From assembly GCA_002030045.1 (NCBI GenBank), contig LQBI01000007.1, forward strand, positions 10,780 to 74,779: 64,000 nt of DNA, written 5' to 3'. Source of the DNA: Candidatus Aegiribacteria sp. MLS_C (GTDB lineage Bacteria; Fermentibacterota; Fermentibacteria; Fermentibacterales; JCC-6). Positions within the stretch are counted from its first letter, which is position 1. Each line of letters starts with the position of its first letter. Shown piece after piece: positions 47,581-56,274 of the stretch. The position numbers and the translations under genes were made by a program. Under the pieces are notes generated by a model. It saw nothing but the letters and a program-made list of their open reading frames with translations, was not told where the DNA came from and searched no databases.

Positions 47581-48151
47581 ATGAGGGTACTGATACCGTT
47601 TCCTGTCGTTCTTCTGGGTACCGCACCGGTGGTACCGGGTATTGATATCGATGACACTTTCGGATCCCTGCTGCCGGAACAGGCTTTCTTCTCCCCGGAC
47701 ACGGGGGACGGGGGGCTCCTGGTCCCTCGACATGTCAATGATGGCCGACGGCACACTCATGATGGCGGGTTACGGGTCCTCCGGAAGGAATGGCTGCGAC
47801 ATCTTGGTGGGAAGGATGGACGTGGAGGGTAAACTGCCGGGTTCCCGGACCTTCGGCGGCGAGAACGACGACATTTCCTTCTCAACGGTATCATCCATAG
47901 ATGGTCCTGTGATAGCTTGAAGTACCGCGTCCACGCCTGCCGCGAGGAACGATCTGCTGATCATGTGCTTGTCTCCCGAGGGGAACGAGATCTGGTCCCT
48001 GAATCACGGCGGACAGGGGAACGAAGCTGCCGAGAACATAACAGATGCCCCCGGTGGTGGTTTCTACGTGTCCGGCTATACTTCCATCAGGGGTTCGGGT
48101 GACACGGGCATCCTGGTACTCGGGGTTGAAGGGTCAGGACAGCTTCACTGA
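47581..48151 (+). pseudogene. Degraded beta-propeller secreted protein (relative of 37846-39309)
   Basis: Fragments TFGGENDD, HGGQGNEAAENI and GGFYVSGYT; frameshift near 47700; TGA 47918 sits where the repeat has Gly. Confidence 0.65.
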
Positions 48152-48401
48152 GAAGGCGGTGTATGACCTGGCCGGCTCGAATAAGCACCGTCTTCGGCCG
48201 GATTCATCTATTGAGAGGTCGAAGAGCGTCGGTATCGGGCCAGTTTATTCCGCATGTCCCCGCCGGGTCATGGAATGCTGCATCATTTGCGACAACAACG
48301 GGTCCGGGTATGGTACGCCGTATCACATCGACCTGATTGACAGCGCGGACGGGGTTTGAATATTCTCACAGTTCCGATACCGATCACCGCGAAGGGGTCC
48401 C

Positions 48402-51400
48402 ATGGAAATCTCACCAGAGGTTCTTGACAGGTTCGGAATACCAAGGGTCTCCTCCCTATCCTTCATCGACGACCTCACAGGGCTCCCAAATCGGAGATTC
48501 CTCCGCAGGGTACTCGACAAGCTGATAGACACCGGAAGTCCGTTCTGCGTCCTGTTTATCGACCTGGACAGTTTCAAGCAGGTTAATGATTCAGCGGGAC
48601 ACGAGGAGGGGGACCGCCTCCTCCGAAGGCTGGGGGAGCTTCTGAGGGACTCCCTGCGGAAAAGGGACCTTGTCGCACGCTATGGGGGGGACGAGTTTGT
48701 GGTGATCCTGTCCTCCGGCGAGCGGGAAGAAGGAATTCTGGTGGCCGAGAAGGTGATCGAATCGATCGAGAGGGAGCTTGGTTCCCTGTGGGGTGTATCA
48801 GCCAGCATAGGCATCGCCTGCTATCCGGAACACACGATGGTGGCCAGTGATCTCATATCCATGTCTGACAACGCCATGTATTGCGCTAAGACCTCCGGCA
48901 GGTCGTGCTGGCGGTTGGCTTCCCCCGAGAGCAGCAGCGTATTCTGGCACGAGGATGTGTTCCTGGCGAGGAACCGTGAACTCGACAGGGCCACGGAGAT
49001 ACTGAGGGACCCTGACCGGAACTCCCTCCTCCTGATTACCGGCAGGATGGGATCGGGGAAGACCTCCTTCCTGGGTGTCGTCGGGGAGAAGTTCGAGGAC
49101 AGGAGAGTTCTCAGGATCGAAGGTCGACCGGAGCTGTCCGAAATACCATGGGCGGCACTGTCAACCTCCATCAGGAAGCATGCGCCCGATTTCCCTGGAG
49201 TGCGCATGTCCAGCCTCTGGTCGAACCTGCTTGGAAGGCTTATGCCCGATGTATTCGGCGAATCCGATCTCAGGGACAGCATAATGGACCGTTTCGCACT
49301 TCTGGACGCCTTCTCCAGGCTCCTGCAGGGCTGGGCGCCTGTGCTGTGCCTGGTCGACAACGCCCAGTGGCTGGACAGAGATACGGTTTCGATGCTGAGC
49401 TATGCGCTGCAGACTGGTGTTGTATCGGGCTTCTCCGTATGTGCCGCAGTCCTCGAGGAGGATGATGACGGCGGTGGAGAGGTAGCGGAACTGCTGCGAA
49501 GGATACCCTTCGCACGGGAGATAGAGATGGGACCGATGTCATTGTTCCAGACATCGGAACTGATCAAGGGCAGGCTGGGCGTTTCAAGGGAAGTTGATGA
49601 GTTTGCGGGTACGGTCCATAGATTTTCCGGCGGTAATCCGCTGTTCGCCTGCGAGTACATAAGGACCATACTGGATTCGGGCATGCTCAAGGTCGATGAC
49701 GGAAAACTGCTGCCCTTCGCCCAGCCGGCCTCAGTTCCGGATCGAATAAGGAACATAGTCACCAGGAAGATAAGAACGCTGGGTTCCGAGACCAGGAAGC
49801 TGCTCCAGCAGGCTTCGGTCATCAGGAAGGAACCTCTGGAGCTGGACCTGCTCGAAGAAATGTCAGGAAAGACGGAGGGTGAGGTCCTGAGTTCCCTGGA
49901 TGAGGGTAAGCGCAGTGGAATTCTGAGGACGGGTCCGGAAGACTCCATGTCCTTCTACTTCACGAACGAAGCCTTCAGGGAACAGGTTTACTCCAGCGCG
50001 GGAAGCCGGACCGTCACAGGTTACCATGCGCATGTGGCCGAAAGGAGGATTAGGGAAGAAGACCATCTGAATGCGGGCTATCACCTGAACAGGGCGGGAA
50101 GGAACCTGGAGGCCCTGGATATCTACCGGGAGGGCGCCGAAGCATATCTGCGAAAGGGACTTCCCGGCGCGGCAGTCTCATGCCTGGAGCAGGCGGACAG
50201 GCTCAGCCGCGAAATACCGGAAGCAAAGCTCTCCTTAAGCGAACTCTGTGATTTCAAGTACGATCTGCTGAACGCCTACAGACTCGCCGGGGACTGGAAG
50301 AAAACCGGAGAGATATCACTCCAGCATGCATCCCTGGCCGAAGAACTGGGACGGACGAAAAAGGCTTTGTCCAGCAGGATCCTGGCCGCCGACTGCCATA
50401 GGATGGACGGCAGGTATGTGGATGCTCTGGTCGAGCTTGAAAAACTGGAACCCGGTCTGGAAGGTCTGTTTCTGGTGGACCTGCTGACAAGGGAAGCGGA
50501 CAGTCTGAGCCGACTGGGAATGGCCGGGAAGGCGATGGAAAGACTGGACAGGGCCGAAGCCATCCTCGAGAGTGAGACCGGGGACACGTCCGTTGCCAGA
50601 GCGGACACCCTGCATCAAAGGCTCATCGTCACGATATCGGTGGAGAGAATGGACGGGATCGATGGACTCATCCGCGAAAACCTCGCGGTAGCAGAGAGGA
50701 ATACCTGGATACCCTGGTGGAACTTCTACGACATAGCCGAGACGTACCTCCTCGCCGGGGAACCGGGGTACGCGGTGGAGGTTTTCCGAAAGGCACTGGA
50801 CAGAGCGGAACTGACCGCCTCCCTGCACGGTATCATGCTGATCAAGGCCGAAATGGCGGATGCCCTGTTCCATGACCTTCGTCTGGAGGCGGCGTCCGGT
50901 ATCCTTGATGAGGTCGAGGATCTCGCACGAAGGTTCGGAGAACTCAAGGTCCTGGATGATGCAACCCTCATAAGGGTGGAACTCTCCATGGAGACCGGTA
51001 ACCTTGGACTTGCAAGGAACGGAGTGAACGGACTACTGTGCAGGCGTCCGGAGGACCCCGCAGCCGCAGTTGTGAACTCTTTCCTGCTGGAACAGGAGAA
51101 TGATCTGGAGGGTTCTCTCGAAGAGATTCGAAGAACCCTTGATCTCCTGCAGGGCAGCAGCATGAGTTCCATAATCGATACTTCGGTCATGACAACTCTG
51201 GACGAGATAAGACTTCAGGAAGCATGGACCTCTTCTCTCATGGAAGGTTCCGACTTCGAGGCAATTATTCGCGGAATGATGCCCGGTCTCAATCGCAGGG
51301 CATCCTGCAGGGCCGCTGGACTCCTTGCCGGCTGGCTTCATGAGAGAGGCAGGACCGAAGAGGCGGAGGAGATCATCTCGAAGGCGCTGAATAACCCGGA

Positions 51401-51503
51401 CTGGAGCAGGATGAGACTGTTCCGTTACCGGAACCTGATAATCCGGTCCCAGTGGGACATAGAAGCGGCTGAGGAAGCCCACGGGCTGATACGGGACTCC
51501 TGA
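48402..51503 (+). CDS. GGDEF diguanylate cyclase fused to STAND-type (AAA_16-like) ATPase and TPR-like helical region
   Basis: DDLTGLPNRR, DLDSFKQVND, RKRD I-site, RYGGDEF; GRMGSGKT, VDNAQWLD and SGGNPLF. Confidence 0.85.
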   Translation: MEISPEVLDRFGIPRVSSLSFIDDLTGLPNRRFLRRVLDKLIDTGSPFCVLFIDLDSFKQVNDSAGHEEGDRLLRRLGELLRDSLRKRDLVARYGGDEFVVILSSGEREEGILVAEKVIESIERELGSLWGVSASIGIACYPEHTMVASDLISMSDNAMYCAKTSGRSCWRLASPESSSVFWHEDVFLARNRELDRATEILRDPDRNSLLLITGRMGSGKTSFLGVVGEKFEDRRVLRIEGRPELSEIPWAALSTSIRKHAPDFPGVRMSSLWSNLLGRLMPDVFGESDLRDSIMDRFALLDAFSRLLQGWAPVLCLVDNAQWLDRDTVSMLSYALQTGVVSGFSVCAAVLEEDDDGGGEVAELLRRIPFAREIEMGPMSLFQTSELIKGRLGVSREVDEFAGTVHRFSGGNPLFACEYIRTILDSGMLKVDDGKLLPFAQPASVPDRIRNIVTRKIRTLGSETRKLLQQASVIRKEPLELDLLEEMSGKTEGEVLSSLDEGKRSGILRTGPEDSMSFYFTNEAFREQVYSSAGSRTVTGYHAHVAERRIREEDHLNAGYHLNRAGRNLEALDIYREGAEAYLRKGLPGAAVSCLEQADRLSREIPEAKLSLSELCDFKYDLLNAYRLAGDWKKTGEISLQHASLAEELGRTKKALSSRILAADCHRMDGRYVDALVELEKLEPGLEGLFLVDLLTREADSLSRLGMAGKAMERLDRAEAILESETGDTSVARADTLHQRLIVTISVERMDGIDGLIRENLAVAERNTWIPWWNFYDIAETYLLAGEPGYAVEVFRKALDRAELTASLHGIMLIKAEMADALFHDLRLEAASGILDEVEDLARRFGELKVLDDATLIRVELSMETGNLGLARNGVNGLLCRRPEDPAAAVVNSFLLEQENDLEGSLEEIRRTLDLLQGSSMSSIIDTSVMTTLDEIRLQEAWTSSLMEGSDFEAIIRGMMPGLNRRASCRAAGLLAGWLHERGRTEEAEEIISKALNNPDWSRMRLFRYRNLIIRSQWDIEAAEEAHGLIRDS

Positions 51504-51568
51504 TCTCCGGAGCGCTCCTGAAACCGTCATACTGTAATGAAGTCGATATCAACACTCCGGCAACGCAA

Positions 51569-51691
51569 ATGTTCCGTTTTCCGGGCCAGGAGCATGCTTC
51601 CGCCCGGAATCGATGCAGGAATGTCCCATTTTCCGGGCCCGGCACGAGCTTCCGGCCGGCACCGGAATGGGACATTTTCGGAATGGAACTT
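51569..51691. repeat. Nested copies of the REP-like palindromic element
   Basis: Inner ATGTCCCATT...AATGGGACAT at 51621-51675 lies inside a degenerate ATGTTCCGTT...GGAATGGAACT copy. Confidence 0.7.
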
Positions 51692-51759
51692 TTCCGTTAT
51701 TCTTGGAGTAGCCCATGCAGACCCGATAATTCCAGAACCTGACAGAGGAGGATTGACCA

Positions 51760-52398
51760 ATGAAGAAAAAGGCTGCTCTGACTTTCCTCTCGATCCTTGC
51801 GGTATCAGTCGCAGGATGCAGCATCGACGATCCGCTCACTCTGCTCAGGTGCAGGTTCAGGGTCGAGAATACCGAGGATTTCGCCCTGGCCGGGATCCTG
51901 CTGGACGATCTGGAATCCCTGTCAGCGTCCCAGGTTGCGGAGCTTGTCTCCCTGTGGGCCTCGGGCAGCTTACCCGTGGATTTCACCCTCAATATAGGCA
52001 TCTTCAATCCCAACGACGGCTCCACAGGTCCGGACATCATTCCGGTATCCCTCACCGAGTTCGTCTGGGACCTCTATCTCGATACCGATCCCGAAGACGG
52101 TTTCGACACCACCTGGGTAGCTTCCGGGACTCTGGCACAGCCCCTGGAGATACCGGGTTCCGGGGAGACCGTCCTTCTGCCGCTGGACATCAGCTTCGAC
52201 GCAGTTGCGCTCATGAGCGAACTGGGCGCGCTGCAGTTCATAGACCTGGCTCTGGCGATAGGAGGAATAGACTCGGGTCTCAGGGACGACGACCACCTGG
52301 GCAGGATACTGGTGGTGGGGGTCCCGACCATATCCACCCCCGTGGGGCCGATGACATACTCCGGTGCCCTGAACATCAATCTGGACTGGGTGGACTGA
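51760..52398 (+). CDS. Lipoprotein (LEA_2-like)
   Basis: GAGGAGG RBS, lipobox VAGC, FTLNIGIFNPN. Confidence 0.7.
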   Translation: MKKKAALTFLSILAVSVAGCSIDDPLTLLRCRFRVENTEDFALAGILLDDLESLSASQVAELVSLWASGSLPVDFTLNIGIFNPNDGSTGPDIIPVSLTEFVWDLYLDTDPEDGFDTTWVASGTLAQPLEIPGSGETVLLPLDISFDAVALMSELGALQFIDLALAIGGIDSGLRDDDHLGRILVVGVPTISTPVGPMTYSGALNINLDWVD

Positions 52399-52454
52399 GG
52401 TCCCGGTCTCTTGCCCGTTGATGGCCTCGTTTGTATTATTGACCTCCATCAAGA

Positions 52455-52529
52455 GGCGGCGTAGCCAAGTGGGAAGGCAGAGGACTGCAAATCCTCCATT
52501 CATCGGTTCGAATCCGATCGCCGCCTCCA
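52455..52529 (+). tRNA. tRNA-Cys (GCA)
   Basis: GGCGGCG/CGCCGCC acceptor stem, GAGGA-CTGCAAA-TCCTC anticodon arm, GGTTCGAATCC T loop, encoded CCA. Confidence 0.96.
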
Positions 52530-52551
52530 GCTCTTTTCCCGATTGGTCGAC

Positions 52552-52695
52552 ATGAGAAGGATCCCGATCTGGCTCAGCATAGCTCTGGTAGTTTCAGCTT
52601 CGGCCATGACCGTGTCGGGTTACATCTGGGGCGATCCACTGGTGATATGGCAGAAGGCGGCAAGCATATGTCTCGAGTGCATCGGGGTAGGGTGA
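52552..52695 (+). CDS. Small membrane CxxC protein (CD1871A-like), 47 aa
   Basis: MRRIPIWLSIALVV...WQKAASICLECIGVG; below the ORF-track size cutoff. Confidence 0.8.
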   Translation: MRRIPIWLSIALVVSASAMTVSGYIWGDPLVIWQKAASICLECIGVG

Positions 52696-52711
52696 CGGGA
52701 CCGACCGGGGA

Positions 52712-53587
52712 ATGACCGTTCGGGAGAGGTACAGGAAGTCGGTCCAGCTGGGGACCCTGGTCCTTACCAATCTGTACCTTCAGGGCTGGATCCAGGGGAC
52801 CATCTTCACGGGCAGGTCCAAGGTGTTCCCGATCCCGGGCCTCCACTGCTATTCCTGTCCCTCCAGCGTACTCACCTGCCCGGTGGGTTCCATGCAGAAC
52901 ATCCTGTCCTACGAAGGATTCCTGGGCGGCCTGTCTACGGGACGGCCCGACGCGGTCATCCTGCTTGGAATAGTGGGCTTCCTGCTGGTCCTTGGCTTCC
53001 TGGCCGGCAGGTTCGCCTGCGGCTGGTTCTGTCCCTTTGGTCTTCTCCAGGACCTGCTGTACCGCATACCGTCCCCCAAGTTCGGGATCCCCTCATCCTG
53101 GCGGGACGCCAAATATGCAGTTCTCCTGATATTCGTCATATTGCTGCCCCTCACCCTCAGGACCGTACCCGGGGCCGGCGGCGACCCGTGGTTCTGCAAG
53201 GCCGTCTGTCCCGCCGGGACCCTCACCGCAGGAATACCCCTGGTTCTGCACGATGGAGGGGAGACGCTGCAGACAGGCTTCCTGTTCACCTGGAAGACCG
53301 TTGTCATGGTGCTTGTCCTGTTGTGGGCAGTGACCACCAAAAGGGTTTTCTGCAGGGTCATCTGTCCGCTGGGCGCCTTCTGGGGTCTGGCGGGAAGGGT
53401 GTCGGTATTCAGAATGAGGGTGGACAGCAGCTGCATAAGGTGCGACAGATGCCGGGATGTCTGCCCGGTGGACATAGCCATATACAAAGAACCGGATTCG
53501 GCGGAGTGCATAAGGTGCGGGAGATGCATCGACATCTGTCCCGTGGGCGCCATCCATCATGACACGAGGAGGGGGGACGCTGAATGA
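52712..53587 (+). CDS. Membrane 4Fe-4S binding protein (NapH/YccM-like)
   Basis: CYSCP, CGWFCPFG, CKAVCP, CRVICP and two CxxCxxCxxxCP motifs. Confidence 0.85.
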   Translation: MTVRERYRKSVQLGTLVLTNLYLQGWIQGTIFTGRSKVFPIPGLHCYSCPSSVLTCPVGSMQNILSYEGFLGGLSTGRPDAVILLGIVGFLLVLGFLAGRFACGWFCPFGLLQDLLYRIPSPKFGIPSSWRDAKYAVLLIFVILLPLTLRTVPGAGGDPWFCKAVCPAGTLTAGIPLVLHDGGETLQTGFLFTWKTVVMVLVLLWAVTTKRVFCRVICPLGAFWGLAGRVSVFRMRVDSSCIRCDRCRDVCPVDIAIYKEPDSAECIRCGRCIDICPVGAIHHDTRRGDAE

Positions 53588-54402
53588 CCCCCCGCTACGG
53601 GAGAGTGTCTGACTACCTCTGGATACTCATCGTCGCAGGCTTAATCTATCCGGTGGTCAGGTATTCGACCGGTCCTTCATTGAATGCCGGACCCGTTGAA
53701 CAGGGTCCGCTGCTCGTGGGGCTTCCGGCACTGGACAGCCTGCTGGAGGATTCCAGGGGAAGGCCGGTGCTGATGAACTTCTGGGCTACCTGGTGCACCC
53801 CCTGCATCGGCGAGCTTCCCGGCATCGATAACGTCTACCGCTCCATGCAGGGCGAGGCCTGCGCCGTGGCGGTCGACATCGGCGACCCCAGGCTCGAGAC
53901 GGTACTGGACTTCAGGGAGGACATGTCCCTGTCCATGCCCGTAGTATGGCTGGACGAGAATGACGCTGCGATCCTCAAGGGAAGGTGGGACCTTCCCGAT
54001 GTGCTTCCGGTGAGCATCGTGCTGGATGCCGAGGGAACCGAGACCGTAAGGGTGGCCGGTGTCAGGGACGAGAGTTTTTTCCTGGAGGCCCTGTCCGGGA
54101 TCGTTCCGGAGGACACTGCTTCGACCGGCACGACTTCCGATGACCGGCTCCATATAAACCTCGTGGGAACCCCCGGCGATTCCATGACCGCCGCTCTGAT
54201 GGACCTCTCGCTGGAACTCGCAGGCGAGGATGGAGTCGATTTCTTCGATCCGGCGGCACCGGCCGACAGCGCCATGATGATGGAACTCCACCTTCCGTTC
54301 ACAGGTGTTCCATACGCCCAGCCCTGCATCGGTTCCGCATGCGGCAGGATCTCGAGGACACCGGAGGAGCTGGTCCTGACCGTGGGCTCCCTGGCAAATT
54401 GA
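53584..54402 (+). CDS. TlpA family disulfide reductase with extra C-terminal domain
   Basis: NFWATWCTPC; TM anchor. Confidence 0.85.
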   Translation: MTPRYGRVSDYLWILIVAGLIYPVVRYSTGPSLNAGPVEQGPLLVGLPALDSLLEDSRGRPVLMNFWATWCTPCIGELPGIDNVYRSMQGEACAVAVDIGDPRLETVLDFREDMSLSMPVVWLDENDAAILKGRWDLPDVLPVSIVLDAEGTETVRVAGVRDESFFLEALSGIVPEDTASTGTTSDDRLHINLVGTPGDSMTAALMDLSLELAGEDGVDFFDPAAPADSAMMMELHLPFTGVPYAQPCIGSACGRISRTPEELVLTVGSLAN

Positions 54403-55409
54403 GAAAACCCGCCGTATCCGTCCTGCTTCCCTTCAGCAATGACGCAGAGTACCTGGACGGTGCTCTGGAGTCGCTCTCCTGCCAGACGATGGAGGACTTC
54501 GAGGTGCTGATGGTGGACGACGGTTCATTCGATGGCTCGAAAGCCATAGCCGCCGACAGGTGCCGGTCCGACGGCAGGTTCAGGATCCTCCGGAACACCG
54601 GCATCGGCCTTGTGGACGCCCTGAACTCAGGACTCTCAGAATGCCTGGGAGAATGGGTGGCCAGAATGGACGCCGACGATGTCTGCGAGCCCGGGAGACT
54701 GGATGAGCAGCTGCGGGAAGCCATGGCCAGGGGCCCGGGAACTGTTGTGACCTGCAGGGTCAGGTGTTTTCCCGAGGATGGAATAACCGACGGGTACAGG
54801 TCGTACGAGGAATGGATCAACAGCCTGGTGTCGCCCGAGGAAATCCAGAGGAACATCTTCGTGGAGAGTCCTGTACCGCATCCCACTGCATTCTACCACA
54901 GGGAGAGGGTGATCTCCGAAGGAGGCTACATGGAGCGCATTCTGCCGGAGGACTACGAACTGTGGCTTCGACTTTGGAGCAGGGGATACCGCTTCAGCAG
55001 GGTCCCCCTGGTCCTTCTCAGGTGGAGGGACAGGCCGGACAGGTTCTCGAGGCATTCACCCGCCTATTCCCTCACGAACTTCTACCGGCTGAAGGCCAGA
55101 TATCTCCGATACGTGCCCTGCATGGCCGGGAGGAGGGTGTTCGTGGCCGGAGGAGGGCAGACAGCGCGCAGGCTGGGAAAATGCCTGCAGGAGAATGGTT
55201 TCTTCATAGAGGCTTTCCTTGTCCCCGGCCCCCCGGGGTCGCGCTCCCGGCTGCGGGGCAGACCGGTACTGGACACCTCGGTCCTGGAGAACAGGCGGGG
55301 AATACCGGTTGTCATAGCTTCAAGGGAGCCCGGGGCCAGGAAAAGGATCGCAGACCTGCTGACCGGAATGGGACTCAGGGAGTGGCACGATTTCCTGGCC
55401 TGCGCGTGA
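54399..55409 (+). CDS. Glycosyltransferase family 2
   Basis: VSVLLP, VDDGSFD, RMDADD and EDYELW; TTG start overlapping the upstream stop. Confidence 0.87.
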   Translation: MRKPAVSVLLPFSNDAEYLDGALESLSCQTMEDFEVLMVDDGSFDGSKAIAADRCRSDGRFRILRNTGIGLVDALNSGLSECLGEWVARMDADDVCEPGRLDEQLREAMARGPGTVVTCRVRCFPEDGITDGYRSYEEWINSLVSPEEIQRNIFVESPVPHPTAFYHRERVISEGGYMERILPEDYELWLRLWSRGYRFSRVPLVLLRWRDRPDRFSRHSPAYSLTNFYRLKARYLRYVPCMAGRRVFVAGGGQTARRLGKCLQENGFFIEAFLVPGPPGSRSRLRGRPVLDTSVLENRRGIPVVIASREPGARKRIADLLTGMGLREWHDFLACA

Positions 55410-55501
55410 GGGGGCCGGGTATTTTGTCAATTCAACTTTTAGGATATATTAAACAGCGAGGGTTTTCAGATCGTGACCAAAACACTTCCGGGAGGTTGAA
55501 A

Positions 55502-55843
55502 TTGAAGATCAAAGAGGAGATGAAAGGCGATGTGGTGGTCATAGGTCTTTCAGGAAAGGTTATCGGTGGTCCCGAGCTGGTGGAGGTCAAGGACGCCTTC
55601 CAGAAAGCCGTCGACCAGGGACACAGCAAGGTCCTCCTCGATCTGGGCAAGGTCAGCTGGATGGACAGTTCCGGTCTCGGAGTGATCGTCTCGGGTCACA
55701 CGACCCTCTCCAGGGCCGGTGGAGCGCTGAAGATCCTCAATGCCACGAAGAAGATCCATGAGCTTTTCATAATAACCAAGCTGATAACCATCTTCGATAC
55801 CTACACTGACGAGCAGGAAGCGCTGAAGAGCTTTGGAGACTGA
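55502..55843 (+). CDS. STAS-domain anti-sigma factor antagonist (RsbV/SpoIIAA-like)
   Basis: DLGKVSWMDSSGLG phosphoserine motif; GGAGG RBS and TTG start. Confidence 0.9.
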   Translation: MKIKEEMKGDVVVIGLSGKVIGGPELVEVKDAFQKAVDQGHSKVLLDLGKVSWMDSSGLGVIVSGHTTLSRAGGALKILNATKKIHELFIITKLITIFDTYTDEQEALKSFGD

Positions 55844-55845
55844 CC

Positions 55846-56259
55846 GTGCTACCCATTGAGATTCGCTTTCCCAGCGATCCGTCGGTACTGGAGCCGGTGC
55901 AGCAGATAATCGAAGCTGTTGGAAGGTCGGCCGACGTGGAGGAGGACGAGCTGTCCTCACTTTCCGTAGCGGTTGTGGAACTGGTGAAGAACGCAATGGA
56001 GCACGGGAACGGGAACGATCCCGACAAGATGGTGACTGTCAGCTTCAGCATTTTCCCCAACAGAATACGGTTCCTGATAGACGATGAGGGCACTTGGGAA
56101 CCGGAGAAGGCCCTGGGCTTCAATCCGGGCGAGGGGGACGAACTCCTTTCCACGAGGGGGCGCGGCATACTCATCTCCCGCAATCTGGCCAAATGGGTCG
56201 AATTCGGACTTACTCCGGAAGGAAAGACCAGGGTAACGCTGATCTGGCCCATTGCCTGA
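55846..56259 (+). CDS. Anti-sigma factor Ser kinase (RsbW-like HATPase)
   Basis: ELVKNAMEHGN, DDEG and RGRGI. Confidence 0.87.
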   Translation: MLPIEIRFPSDPSVLEPVQQIIEAVGRSADVEEDELSSLSVAVVELVKNAMEHGNGNDPDKMVTVSFSIFPNRIRFLIDDEGTWEPEKALGFNPGEGDELLSTRGRGILISRNLAKWVEFGLTPEGKTRVTLIWPIA

Positions 56260-56274
56260 AGGTAACCGTTCCAA

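Noticed and set aside
47918-47920. In-frame TGA as selenocysteine
   Set aside because: Falls at the Gly of the VIAG repeat motif (GGA>TGA), has no SECIS-like hairpin, and the gene also has a frameshift
52455-52529. tRNA as integration site of an island or prophage
   Set aside because: No integrase and no duplicated tRNA 3' end seen in the window
54764-55501. 359-aa extended STAS protein
   Set aside because: The extension overlaps the GT2 gene in another frame; the RBS and family length support a start at 55502
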